A stretch of 64,000 bases of DNA, from positions 10,064,461 through 10,128,460 of the forward strand of contig CM082596.2 of the NCBI GenBank assembly GCA_040954595.2, written 5' to 3'. The position numbers were made by a program, and so were the translations under genes. Positions 11,252-24,342 of the stretch are shown in pieces. The DNA comes from Balanoglossus misakiensis. Its lineage: Eukaryota > Animalia > Hemichordata. The notes beneath the pieces are model-generated. The model did not search any database, was not told the origin of the DNA, and saw only the letters and a list, made by a program, of their open reading frames with translations. How positions within the stretch are numbered: the stretch's first letter is position 1; each line of letters starts with the position of its first letter.

Positions 11252-11796
11252 GGGTAAGCCTAATTCAAGATTCACGTTTCAAGATTCACGTTTCATGTTC
11301 CACAGCCCAAGATTCATATTCTGATTCAGATTCCAGTCTTGTCTAATATGTTTATGCTGCCGTAACCAGGGGTGTGAACGATTGTTTATTGTCCTCGATC
11401 CCCGCCCAAGCAAGGTTCCCCAAATATTCTGTTCGATTATCGCGTGACGTCATTGTCGGGTATCTCGTCAAGTTCAGTTTCAACAACATTTTTCAAAGAG
11501 AGATGCACCCTATTTATTATTTTCTAACACATGAATGACCCTAGGCCTGAGATCGCACCATGGCCGGCAATCTTGGTATTCACAGATACTTTTAAGCGTA
11601 ATTCTGATATAATTGATAGGTTTAGGTATATTTTACAACCGATAACTTAAGCAAAGGACTAATTCCTATATTCTGAATCAAGTGAAAGCAATGTAGATGG
11701 CGAAAGGATGTGACAAGACTCGAATCTGAATCAGAATATGAATCTTGGGCTGTGGAACGTGAAACTTGAAACGTGAATCTTGAATTAGGCTTACCC
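11252..11796. mobile_element. MULE-type MITE, duplicated copy
   Basis: Same TIRs and same TAATTTTTA TSD as 6069-6623, so it was copied with the segment; a right half recurs at 17522-17868. Confidence 0.9.
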
Positions 11797-12187
11797 TAAT
11801 TTTTAATGGGTATATTCTTAATAACTCATCACCATGAATGATCATTTCAAAACTTAACAAGGCATATGGCTAAAGAGGATTCAGTGTTTGTGCACCTTCT
11901 ATCTGCTATGCTGGATCTATTGACAGTTTTCAAAGGGGTTTAAAGACTCGTCTTTTTATTCAGTACTTTCTATTTCATTCCATTGCTTTTTTGGTTAATA
12001 GGGACTGTCTTTCAGAACTCTTTGGTTTGTTTCGTGTTTTTAAGTGTAATTTATTATCCTTTAAGCTTTCACTTGTTTTCTAATTTTATTATTTTCTGTA
12101 GAAAATGCACTGAGATGTATGTGTATTATGTTTGTCAGGAAATAAATAATAATAAAATTAAAAATAATAAACTATCTTTGATTTCAG

Positions 12188-12224
12188 ATGTCAATGAATG
12201 TATGGAGAGAGCAGATCTTTGTGA
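12188..12224 (+). pseudogene. Truncated EGF exon 2 duplicate (also 18260-18296)
   Basis: DVNECMERADLCE followed by unrelated sequence. Confidence 0.85.
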
Positions 12225-12356
12225 GAGCAGATCTTTATCTCAAGGCGCCACAGAGGAATAAAGGTCCTTCTTTTGTTGCATTTCGAATAGATTCGTGTAA
12301 TTCACTTTTGTTTGGGCTCCCTAAGTACTAGATCAGCCGTATTCAAGTTCAAAATA

Positions 12357-12572
12357 TTGCTGCTAGTTCCAAAATCACTGTTTACATCAATGCAATTTCA
12401 GTTCCATTGGTTACCTGTGTCTGATCGTATTGTTTTCAATATTTTATTTCTTATTTTTGAATTCATTCATAGACTTGGACCATCATATCTGTCTGATATG
12501 ATCAAATTATATGTTCCAAATCGAAACTTGAAGTCAGCTGATCAGCTCAAACTCTGTCCTGTTCAGCCCAAT
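12357..12572 (+). mobile_element. LINE ORF2 C-terminal fragment (L2/CR1 group); copy at 18429-18644
   Basis: FHWLPVSDRIVFNILFLIFEFIHRLGPSYLSDMIKLYVPNRNLKS matches the LHWLPV..RI.FK...P.YL.......P.R.LRS pattern. Confidence 0.85.
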
Positions 12573-13350
12573 GCAATGATGACAACAACAATTGCTTGCC
12601 TTCAGACACAAATATTTATTGCATATATTATCAGCGAATAAAGGGAAATGGTTTTGAAGTTACAGTTGGCATTTTGCATTTTCGAAATGTCTACTTATAT
12701 CCCAGGCCACGATACGGAGAAAAAAATAAAAATACACCAGCTGAGCTCCTCACACGTACATAGTCATCTATGGTAAACCTGGCATTCTGTCCATATGGGA
12801 CCTACATTTGTAGGCGATTGATCGATGTTGTGTCGAAATCAGGCCAGTAATTAAGTTAAAACTTGGTTAATACGTTACCTTAGGGTGTTATACATTATCC
12901 AGTAACTGTTTTACTTAAGAATTGCCTTTCAAAAGCTGTTTACCCACGGTAAACGTATCGTTTCACGATCAACGCAACACTTCTGTATTTACAAGTCTAA
13001 CATGGAGCCGGAGAGGTCAACGTATACTTCCGGGTCATATCGTCGAACGACATTGATTATTTTTAAGCGGACTGTTACAAAAGCATTTCGAATTAATTTC
13101 TTTTCACGGATGTTCGGACCGATATTAGACCTCTCTGTCAGGAAAGTTTGGTTAACTTCCGAGGTCGTTTTCAATGATTTTTGAAACGTTTGTGGACGTC
13201 TCTTTAGGGGTCACCAACATACCACCGAAAACACGTTAAAAACTTCTACTACTATTAAGGACAGATTTTCATAAAATTTACGTCTGCAGTGAAAAATGGG
13301 AATCACTTTCGTAATTTATCCAGCTAACATGGTTTTTTATTGCACAACAG

Positions 13351-13399
13351 AGTTGCAGACCAGGATTTAAGTTGCACAGAAATCAACATACATGTGTTG
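13351..13399 (+). pseudogene. 3' half of EGF exon 4 duplicate (also 19423-19471)
   Basis: CRPGFKLHRNQHTCV|gtgagt. Confidence 0.85.
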
Positions 13400-14186
13400 G
13401 TGAGTATCTACAATTTGGAGAGAAAGTAAGATGTATGGGTTTGTACAATGTAAGTGTCTTATACATGTATATTTGACACTGAAATCATATATTGTACAAT
13501 CAGTCATTGGTAAATGTCTGCTATTCATGACACAAATAAAAAAACAGTCAAACCTGTGTGAGTGGCCACCTCTATTAGGCAGCCACCTCTATATAGTGGC
13601 CACTTTATTCTAGTCCCTATGCAATTTACATCTACATTAATTGACTTTTCTACAAGGTATAATTTCTACAAGGTATAATGGCCACCTATCTATAAAGGCC
13701 AGTTTAGAAAAGTCCCTTCACTAGCCACAATAGACACTTGTGTTGATTTCTGTATGTTTTACGTGTAACACAATCAGGACATTTTTCATAAAGAGGGCAG
13801 CCTTCCAAAATAAAGTGTCATCTCAATGCAGACAATGTGAAAAAGGCGGTCAGTAGAGTACTGCTCGAGCTCATCTAGTTTGTTGTATACATGATACATG
13901 TACAAGTTGTGTGTAAAACTGACCTTACAATAAAATGTGGCTGTCCAAGTACATAAGTTTCAACTATAGTGTTGATACAAAAGACAATCAAGTTTTTACT
14001 TTGTGACCAACTTGCCTCGTGTTCGTGTCGTGGAAGGGTAACATGACTGCATAGCAATGTTTTATTAAAATTTTGTACATAGAGAAATGGACTACTGGGA
14101 ACTATGTAAATGATGCCCTGAGCCTAAAAATTCTGACTGTCTGCAATTATAGTTTTAGCATTTTTGTTCAATTGCACTTTCAAGTA

Positions 14187-14356
14187 CAGTCAAACCCGTC
14201 TAACAACAAAGGGACTGAAGAAATTGTTCAGATTGCAGGTGTCCAATTTAAAGAGGTTCTTTCAACATGTGGTTCTATGTCAAAGGGTTTGAACAATGTC
14301 TTTGAAATAGACATGTTTCCAGATTAGACAGGGTTCGGTTGAGACAGGTTTTACTG
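14187..14356. mobile_element. Tc1/mariner-pogo-type MITE (also 20259-20428)
   Basis: TA-CAGTCAAACCCGTCT...AGACAGGTTTTACTG-TA. Confidence 0.75.
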
Positions 14357-15458
14357 TATTTTGATACATGCTCTGGCTTAACCCTTTCACCAACATGGTT
14401 CAGTCTAAACCCTTTATTTTCTATGGTAAGGCTGGATCTTTAAAGAGGAAACTGTTTTTTTTCTGGGAATCTCTTTATTTCTTCTGTCACAAAAATTGCA
14501 TGGGAGTTCTAATTCTAAAAGGAAAACTGATTTCATAAAAGATCTCAAAGTCAAGTTTTGGATGTGGCTCCATTTCAAGTATTGTAGGTGACTAGTTTTC
14601 CGGAGTTCAAGTCTTTATACTTGCAGTAGAGTTGGTCACATGTACTTGGGTAATCTGAGTGTGGTCAGAAATTGAACTTACACACATTGAGTTGAGTTAA
14701 GAATATGTCTGGTGTATTACTGTAATATGACTAGATACAGCAAATGCATTAACTATAAGTGTATGTTAAAATACACAGTTTCCATGGACAAATCTGAGTG
14801 ATGAAATTAAATACACATGTTCATTAAATCCCACCATGATAGAGCGCCCCCACTGTTCAGAATGTCCATTTTGAAGTCCTACATATATGATGTCATGCCT
14901 AGCTGTCAATGTTAACTGATGTGTACTTGTACTACTAGTAAATGGAAGTACTTTAAAGTAAAGCTCAGATGCAAGGTTTTGTAAAATAAATATAATATTA
15001 AAACGTTGCCATCATTTTAGCCATTTTGAACAGCGGTCCAATTGACTAATGTGATCACTCTGTATGCGGCATATGGCATATTAAGCATTTAGTATTTTTC
15101 AATCAGAAGCCGTTAATCCTGTGATTAATTCTGCTTCTTGCAGCATTGATTTTAAATCACCACACATGAATAATTTTGTCCAAAGGACTGCGGTGCCCAA
15201 GTGTTTATGATAAGATAAACAAACGGTGAAATTCACTGAAGAAGTGAGCGAGCACTTGCCCATTCATTGTTCAATGAAAGGTGACCACCAAAACAAAAGT
15301 ATTGAGAAAATAACCCGAAGTTGGAGTTACTGAGTTTTAAATTGATTTCAAGTGAAAAGCTTGGATTGGCTGAAGCTCCTGTAGTCAGTTACCTGTAGGT
15401 AGATTGACACACATGACAATGTTTGACTGTTTACACTTTTCTTTGTTTGATCTTTCAG

Positions 15459-15708
15459 AGGAATATTCAAGCACTGCAGAAGAATCTAGAGATGGCACAG
15501 AAAAAAAGAACTTGAATTGAAACAACAGCAAGATCAACATGCCAGACAAAGTCCACTCATAGCACTAAGACAACAACATCAACAACAACAGCAATTACAA
15601 AGGTTACAACAACAGAGAGCCCAACAACAACAACAACAACAACAAGCAGTGCAAGCACAGCCATCCAATATACAATCAACAAATCAACAACTAAGTCACC
15701 TCTTACAA
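15459..15708 (+). pseudogene. PolyQ/coiled-coil-like exon with +1 frameshift
   Basis: tctttcag|AGG...CAA|gtaagt; RNIQALQKNLEMAQKK/ELELKQQQDQHARQSPLIALRQQHQQQQ...LSHLLQ; 250 bp (3n+1); A7 run at 15501-15507. Confidence 0.85.
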
Positions 15709-15957
15709 GTAAGTTGTCATAATAATGTGTACAGTGAATATTTTGAAAACCAAGACTGGTACCAGTGGCACTTCTGGGAATTGTTATGTGGGGAAAAATA
15801 AAATCAGTTTTCTCAAAAAGGAGCTTTCTTGATGGTACAAATAACATTGGTCTGTGCCATTCCCAAAATTATTTTAATGTATTGAAGACCTGAAAGTCAC
15901 ACAGAATAAATTCAATGCACTATTTGCCCAACATGACAACTTTTCCCCACACAGATT

Positions 15958-16012
15958 TAGACGTGGTGGGTATGGCCGATTTGCCTCAAATCGGCCATAC
16001 ACACCACATCTA
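15958..16012. repeat. 26-bp-stem hairpin (also 22030-22084)
   Basis: TAGACGTGGTGGGTATGGCCGATTTG-CCT-CAAATCGGCCATACACACCACATCTA, two mismatches. Confidence 0.85.
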
Positions 16013-16016
16013 TTAA

Positions 16017-17514
16017 CACTTTCACTGCGTAGTTAATATATGCTAATGTATTCCTGTGCGTAGTTTCCTATGGTAAATTTAACTAATAAACAATGTTTTA
16101 CTTTACCCTCTCTATCTCTTGTAATATGAAAGTATATGCAATGATATTTCCAGCAAGTATATTTTATAAGACAACCAACATAATAAAACTGAAAAATGGT
16201 CACATGACCATTAATTGGTCATGTGACACTGGCAGCCATAATGGATTTCTGTCGAAATATGGTAAAAACAACAGATATTGTAATATAAGTGACTGAAATA
16301 CTGTATTTAATTCATTGTATCACAGCTGACAGACAAACATAGTCAAAAACAACTTCCCCCTGTATAAAAGGGAATAACAAGTGACTTTTGAGCAAGAAAT
16401 TTGATCAAATTTATTAATGGACCATAAAAACAATTATCAAATCATGCCCACCATTTACATGTATACATGTTTAAAATCTGAGAAAGAAATATAGATTATT
16501 AGTGAAAAGGTGAATGATTGAACTTGTAAATAAATAATAATAATAAAATAAATTAATTAAGTAATTTATTAAATACTCTACGTTTTAATGAATTGCAAGT
16601 TGAAGAAATCAAGGTTGGTAAATATGAATATACACACATTTAAAAAAAATTCATTAGCATAGTACTGTTTTGGCAATTCATTTCAAATGGATATAATACT
16701 CTGACAACATAGACTTCTGGCAAAGTCCCATCAAGATTTGCAAAGAAACCTACGCCTTCATTTAATTCAGTGAAGTAGGCATCTAGCGAAATCTTGACCG
16801 TAAGGGCAACTCATCAATTGCAGGGTTGTCAAAAAATTGTGCGGTGTACATATCAGTTTGCTCTGACAATGACATCAACTCAAACACATCACCAGGAAAG
16901 AACAGCTGAAAAAAGTCAACCGGTGCAAAGTCATCAGTGTCAACTAATAAACCTTAGCGACGATCGTATACAGACAACCAGTCCGGTGTGTAATTGTCAT
17001 TTACGTCATACAAAACCCACCGCGTGTCACCATCAACGTTACGACGTCCGAGAACATGACAAAAACCCTCCCTCTCTCTCTGTCTCTACTCTGTTGTCTC
17101 CGTGTCTGGCTTCTATTTCTGGTTCTATGATGTTGTTGTCCGTAATTTGGCTTCCGCTATCGCTATGATCGCTGTCACTATCCTGAAAGACTTATTCAAG
17201 AACTTCGTCGGCATCAAACTTTGCCCATGTCGCCATTTTTAAATACCAAGTGAATGAAAAAATATGATCGGGGCGACCTAAAATCAGCTGTTTAAGGAAA
17301 CCCTTTGATGACAAAATCGACTTGATTGTTTACAATACATATGCGCATGCTCAATTAGGGTTGACCCCTGTCCTATATATAGTCATACAAAATGAGTAAA
17401 TAAGCAACGAACATAAAATAGAACAGACCAAGTAACGGACGCGATCTTGGCGCATTTATGCGCCTCCCGCATTCTGACTGCCGGCGCAGAAAATGCCCTC
17501 CCGCAGCGAAAGTG
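16017..17514 (-). mobile_element. Internally deleted piggyBac-type transposon (1498 bp)
   Basis: TTAA TSDs; TIR CACTTTCACTGCG / CGCAGCGAAAGTG (12/13); minus strand 17236-17039 reads MATWAKFDADEVLE*VFQDSDSDHSDSGS..., like an acidic piggyBac transposase N-terminus. Confidence 0.88.
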
Positions 17515-20500
17515 TTAATATTCATTGTCGGGTATCTCGTCAAGTTCAGTTTCAACAACATTTTTCAAAGAGAGATGCACCCTATTTATTATTTTCTAAC
17601 ACATGAATGACCCTAGGCCTGAGATCGCACCATGGCCGGCAATCTTGGTATTCACAGATACTTTTAAGCGTAATTCTGATATAATTGATAGGTTTAGGTA
17701 TATTTTACAACCGATAACTTAAGCAAAGGACTAATTCCTATATTCTGAATCAAGTGAAAGCAATGTAGATGGCGAAAGGATGTGACAAGACTCGAATCTG
17801 AATCAGAATATGAATCTTGGGCTGTGGAACGTGAAACTTGAAACGTGAATCTTGAATTAGGCTTACCCTAATTTTTAATGGGTATATTCTTAATAACTCA
17901 TCACCATGAATGATCATTTCAAAACTTAACAAGGCATATGGCTAAAGAGGATTCAGTGTTTGTGCACCTTCTATCTGCTATGCTGGATCTATTGACAGTT
18001 TTCAAAGGGGTTTAAAGACTCGTCTTTTTATTCAGTACTTTCTATTTCATTCCATTGCTTTTTTGGTTAATAGGGACTGTCTTTCAGAACTCTTTGGTTT
18101 GTTTCGTGTTTTTAAGTGTAATTTATTATCCTTTAAGCTTTCACTTGTTTTCTAATTTTATTATTTTCTGTAGAAAATGCACTGAGATGTATGTGTATTA
18201 TGTTTGTCAGGAAATAAATAATAATAAAATTAAAAATAATAAACTATCTTTGATTTCAGATGTCAATGAATGTATGGAGAGAGCAGATCTTTGTGAGAGC
18301 AGATCTTTATCTCAAGGCGCCACAGAGGAATAAAGGTCCTTCTTTTGTTGCATTTCGAATAGATTCGTGTAATTCACTTTTGTTTGGGCTCCCTAAGTAC
18401 TAGATCAGCCGTATTCAAGTTCAAAATATTGCTGCTAGTTCCAAAATCACTGTTTACATCAATGCAATTTCAGTTCCATTGGTTACCTGTGTCTGATCGT
18501 ATTGTTTTCAATATTTTATTTCTTATTTTTGAATTCATTCATAGACTTGGACCATCATATCTGTCTGATATGATCAAATTATATGTTCCAAATCGAAACT
18601 TGAAGTCAGCTGATCAGCTCAAACTCTGTCCTGTTCAGCCCAATGCAATGATGACAACAACAATTGCTTGCCTTCAGACACAAATATTTATTGCATATAT
18701 TATCAGCGAATAAAGGGAAATGGTTTTGAAGTTACAGTTGGCATTTTGCATTTTCGAAATGTCTACTTATATCCCAGGCCACGATACGGAGAAAAAAATA
18801 AAAATACACCAGCTGAGCTCCTCACACGTACATAGTCATCTATGGTAAACCTGGCATTCTGTCCATATGGGACCTACATTTGTAGGCGATTGATCGATGT
18901 TGTGTCGAAATCAGGCCAGTAATTAAGTTAAAACTTGGTTAATACGTTACCTTAGGGTGTTATACATTATCCAGTAACTGTTTTACTTAAGAATTGCCTT
19001 TCAAAAGCTGTTTACCCACGGTAAACGTATCGTTTCACGATCAACGCAACACTTCTGTATTTACAAGTCTAACATGGAGCCGGAGAGGTCAACGTATACT
19101 TCCGGGTCATATCGTCGAACGACATTGATTATTTTTAAGCGGACTGTTACAAAAGCATTTCGAATTAATTTCTTTTCACGGATGTTCGGACCGATATTAG
19201 ACCTCTCTGTCAGGAAAGTTTGGTTAACTTCCGAGGTCGTTTTCAATGATTTTTGAAACGTTTGTGGACGTCTCTTTAGGGGTCACCAACATACCACCGA
19301 AAACACGTTAAAAACTTCTACTACTATTAAGGACAGATTTTCATAAAATTTACGTCTGCAGTGAAAAATGGGAATCACTTTCGTAATTTATCCAGCTAAC
19401 ATGGTTTTTTATTGCACAACAGAGTTGCAGACCAGGATTTAAGTTGCACAGAAATCAACATACATGTGTTGGTGAGTATCTACAATTTGGAGAGAAAGTA
19501 AGATGTATGGGTTTGTACAATGTAAGTGTCTTATACATGTATATTTGACACTGAAATCATATATTGTACAATCAGTCATTGGTAAATGTCTGCTATTCAT
19601 GACACAAATAAAAAAACAGTCAAACCTGTGTGAGTGGCCACCTCTATTAGGCAGCCACCTCTATATAGTGGCCACTTTATTCTAGTCCCTATGCAATTTA
19701 CATCTACATTAATTGACTTTTCTACAAGGTATAATTTCTACAAGGTATAATGGCCACCTATCTATAAAGGCCAGTTTAGAAAAGTCCCTTCACTAGCCAC
19801 AATAGACACTTGTGTTGATTTCTGTATGTTTTACGTGTAACACAATCAGGACATTTTTCATAAAGAGGGCAGCCTTCCAAAATAAAGTGTCATCTCAATG
19901 CAGACAATGTGAAAAAGGCGGTCAGTAGAGTACTGCTCGAGCTCATCTAGTTTGTTGTATACATGATACATGTACAAGTTGTGTGTAAAACTGACCTTAC
20001 AATAAAATGTGGCTGTCCAAGTACATAAGTTTCAACTATAGTGTTGATACAAAAGACAATCAAGTTTTTACTTTGTGACCAACTTGCCTCGTGTTCGTGT
20101 CGTGGAAGGGTAACATGACTGCATAGCAATGTTTTATTAAAATTTTGTACATAGAGAAATGGACTACTGGGAACTATGTAAATGATGCCCTGAGCCTAAA
20201 AATTCTGACTGTCTGCAATTATAGTTTTAGCATTTTTGTTCAATTGCACTTTCAAGTACAGTCAAACCCGTCTAACAACAAAGGGACTGAAGAAATTGTT
20301 CAGATTGCAGGTGTCCAATTTAAAGAGGTTCTTTCAACATGTGGTTCTATGTCAAAGGGTTTGAACAATGTCTTTGAAATAGACATGTTTCCAGATTAGA
20401 CAGGGTTCGGTTGAGACAGGTTTTACTGTATTTTGATACATGCTCTGGCTTAACCCTTTCACCAACATGGTTCAGTCTAAACCCTTTATTTTCTATGGTA

Positions 20501-21530
20501 AGGCTGGATCTTTAAAGAGGAAACTGTTTTTTTTCTGGGAATCTCTTTATTTCTTCTGTCACAAAAATTGCATGGGAGTTCTAATTCTAAAAGGAAAACT
20601 GATTTCATAAAAGATCTCAAAGTCAAGTTTTGGATGTGGCTCCATTTCAAGTATTGTAGGTGACTAGTTTTCCGGAGTTCAAGTCTTTATACTTGCAGTA
20701 GAGTTGGTCACATGTACTTGGGTAATCTGAGTGTGGTCAGAAATTGAACTTACACACATTGAGTTGAGTTAAGAATATGTCTGGTGTATTACTGTAATAT
20801 GACTAGATACAGCAAATGTATTAACTATAAGTGTATGTTAAAATACACAGTTTCCATGGACAAATCTGAGTGATGAAATTAAATACACATGTTCATTAAA
20901 TCCCACCATGATAGAGCGCCCCCACTGTTCAGAATGTCCATTTTGAAGTCCTACATATATGATGTCATGCCTAGCTGTCAATGTTAACTGATGTGTACTT
21001 GTACTACTAGTAAATGGAAGTACTTTAAAGTAAAGCTCAGATGCAAGGTTTTGTAAAATAAATATAATATTAAAACGTTGCCATCATTTTAGCCATTTTG
21101 AACAGCGGTCCAATTGACTAATGTGATCACTCTGTATGCGGCATATGGCATATTAAGCATTTAGTATTTTTCAATCAGAAGCCGTTAATCCTGTGATTAA
21201 TTCTGCTTCTTGCAGCATTGATTTTAAATCACCACACATGAATAATTTTGTCCAAAGGACTGCGGTGCCCAAGTGTTTATGATAAGATAAACAAACGGTG
21301 AAATTCACTGAAGAAGTGAGCGAGCACTTGCCCATTCATTGTTCAATGAAAGGTGACCACCAAAACAAAAGTATTGAGAAAATAACCCGAAGTTGGAGTT
21401 ACTGAGTTTTAAATTGATTTCAAGTGAAAAGCTTGGATTGGCTGAAGCTCCTGTAGTCAGTTACCTGTAGGTAGATTGACACACATGACAATGTTTGACT
21501 GTTTACACTTTTCTTTGTTTGATCTTTCAG

Positions 21531-21780
21531 AGGAATATTCAAGCACTGCAGAAGAATCTAGAGATGGCACAGAAAAAAAGAACTTGAATTGAAACAACAG
21601 CAAGATCAACATGCCAGACAAAGTCCACTCATAGCACTAAGACAACAACATCAACAACAACAGCAATTACAAAGGTTACAACAACAGAGAGCCCAACAAC
21701 AACAACAACAACAACAAGCAGTGCAAGCACAGCCATCCAATATACAATCAACAAATCAACAACTAAGTCACCTCTTACAA
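21531..21780 (+). pseudogene. Duplicate of the frameshifted polyQ exon
   Basis: Matches 15459-15708 including the A7 frameshift. Confidence 0.85.
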
Positions 21781-22088
21781 GTAAGTTGTCATAATAATGT
21801 GTACAGTGAATATTTTGAAAACCAAGACTGGTACCAGTGGCACTTCTGGGAATTGTTATGTGGGGAAAAATAAAATCAGTTTTCTCAAAAAGGAGCTTTC
21901 TTGATGGTACAAATAACATTGGTCTGTGCCATTCCCAAAATTATTTTAATGTATTGAAGACCTGAAAGTCACACAGAATAAATTCAATGCACTATTTGCC
22001 CAACATGACAACTTTTCCCCACACAGATTTAGACGTGGTGGGTATGGCCGATTTGCCTCAAATCGGCCATACACACCACATCTATTAA

Positions 22089-23586
22089 CACTTTCACTGC
22101 GTAGTTAATATATGCTAATGTATTCCTGTGCGTAGTTTCCTATGGTAAATTTAACTAATAAACAATGTTTTACTTTACCCTCTCTATCTCTTGTAATATG
22201 AAAGTATATGCAATGATATTTCCAGCAAGTATATTTTATAAGACAACCAACATAATAAAACTGAAAAATGGTCACATGACCATTAATTGGTCATGTGACA
22301 CTGGCAGCCATAATGGATTTCTGTCGAAATATGGTAAAAACAACAGATATTGTAATATAAGTGACTGAAATACTGTATTTAATTCATTGTATCACAGCTG
22401 ACAGACAAACATAGTCAAAAACAACTTCCCCCTGTATAAAAGGGAATAACAAGTGACTTTTGAGCAAGAAATTTGATCAAATTTATTAATGGACCATAAA
22501 AACAATTATCAAATCATGCCCACCATTTACATGTATACATGTTTAAAATCTGAGAAAGAAATATAGATTATTAGTGAAAAGGTGAATGATTGAACTTGTA
22601 AATAAATAATAATAATAAAATAAATTAATTAAGTAATTTATTAAATACTCTACGTTTTAATGAATTGCAAGTTGAAGAAATCAAGGTTGGTAAATATGAA
22701 TATACACACATTTAAAAAAAATTCATTAGCATAGTACTGTTTTGGCAATTCATTTCAAATGGATATAATACTCTGACAACATAGACTTCTGGCAAAGTCC
22801 CATCAAGATTTGCAAAGAAACCTACGCCTTCATTTAATTCAGTGAAGTAGGCATCTAGCGAAATCTTGACCGTAAGGGCAACTCATCAATTGCAGGGTTG
22901 TCAAAAAATTGTGCGGTGTACATATCAGTTTGCTCTGACAATGACATCAACTCAAACACATCACCAGGAAAGAACAGCTGAAAAAAGTCAACCGGTGCAA
23001 AGTCATCAGTGTCAACTAATAAACCTTAGCGACGATCGTATACAGACAACCAGTCCGGTGTGTAATTGTCATTTACGTCATACAAAACCCACCGCGTGTC
23101 ACCATCAACGTTACGACGTCCGAGAACATGACAAAAACCCTCCCTCTCTCTCTGTCTCTACTCTGTTGTCTCCGTGTCTGGCTTCTATTTCTGGTTCTAT
23201 GATGTTGTTGTCCGTAATTTGGCTTCCGCTATCGCTATGATCGCTGTCACTATCCTGAAAGACTTATTCAAGAACTTCGTCGGCATCAAACTTTGCCCAT
23301 GTCGCCATTTTTAAATACCAAGTGAATGAAAAAATATGATCGGGGCGACCTAAAATCAGCTGTTTAAGGAAACCCTTTGATGACAAAATCGACTTGATTG
23401 TTTACAATACATATGCGCATGCTCAATTAGGGTTGACCCCTGTCCTATATATAGTCATACAAAATGAGTAAATAAGCAACGAACATAAAATAGAACAGAC
23501 CAAGTAACGGACGCGATCTTGGCGCATTTATGCGCCTCCCGCATTCTGACTGCCGGCGCAGAAAATGCCCTCCCGCAGCGAAAGTG
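22089..23586 (-). mobile_element. piggyBac-type element, duplicated copy
   Basis: Same ends and TTAA TSDs as 16017-17514. Confidence 0.88.
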
Positions 23587-24342
23587 TTAATATTCATGAG
23601 TTTACTTTTCTTGTTTACGTACACTACTATAACAATTGGAAATCTAGAGAATGTCTATTTCATCAAGTTGACAACCCCCACATGTGTAAGTCATGTACAT
23701 AAACAAAAATAGTCTGGTGTGTGGAGCCTCCTCCCTTTTTGAAATACTTTTTTATGCAATCAGTCCAAACTCATGATCAGTCCAACCTGTTCAGTTTTAG
23801 TGTGGGGAAAAGCTGGAATGAAAGCAGACCTAAATTACAGACAACGAAATACAACAAATCTTGTCTCATTCTTATTTTCAATTCCTCTAGTTTTTCCATG
23901 GTACCAGTGTGGAAGCACTGATGATAAACTGTGGCAGACAGTTTTAAATGACGACAATCATCTTACTCTTATGTACATATGCGTTAATTTTGTGTGTACA
24001 AAATAACGTCCAATCCAAATATCTGCAAATTTTATGTGCGTGCATTCATATAGTGGACTGCCTTCGCTTCCTTCTATATTTCTTGCACGCCATATAAGAA
24101 GAATTTAGTTTTGACTCTTCTTTTCACTCAATTTGCTGTCTTTTCCTAATCTATGACACAGACTATGGTTGCCGCCACCTTGTCTGTTGTTAAGACAGCA
24201 CTTGTGGCATAGATAAAAAAATTATAACTAGAGTCTCTGCTTTGGCAAGTGTGCGTTAGACGATCAATACCCTTTAACAAAACTCTGCTTAGAATTCAAA
24301 TCATATTCTTTTCAAAATGTCAGCATCTGATTACATAGTGAA

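Larger units (their letters stand above)
10336..12224 (+). repeat. Older tandem duplication, block A copy 2
   Basis: Homologous to 5150-7051; similarity ends abruptly inside EGF exon 2. Confidence 0.95.
11450..17521 (+). repeat. 6072-bp tandem segmental duplication, copy 1
   Basis: The whole ORF track repeats at offset 6072; TCAT microhomology at 11450, 17522 and 23594. Confidence 0.98.
17522..23593 (+). repeat. 6072-bp tandem segmental duplication, copy 2
   Basis: Nearly identical to 11450-17521; one difference seen by eye (C14747 vs T20819). Confidence 0.98.

Noticed and set aside
14841-14856. CTCF-like motif AGAGCGCCCCCACTG
   Set aside because: Single imperfect match inside repeat-derived intron DNA; cannot be supported from sequence alone
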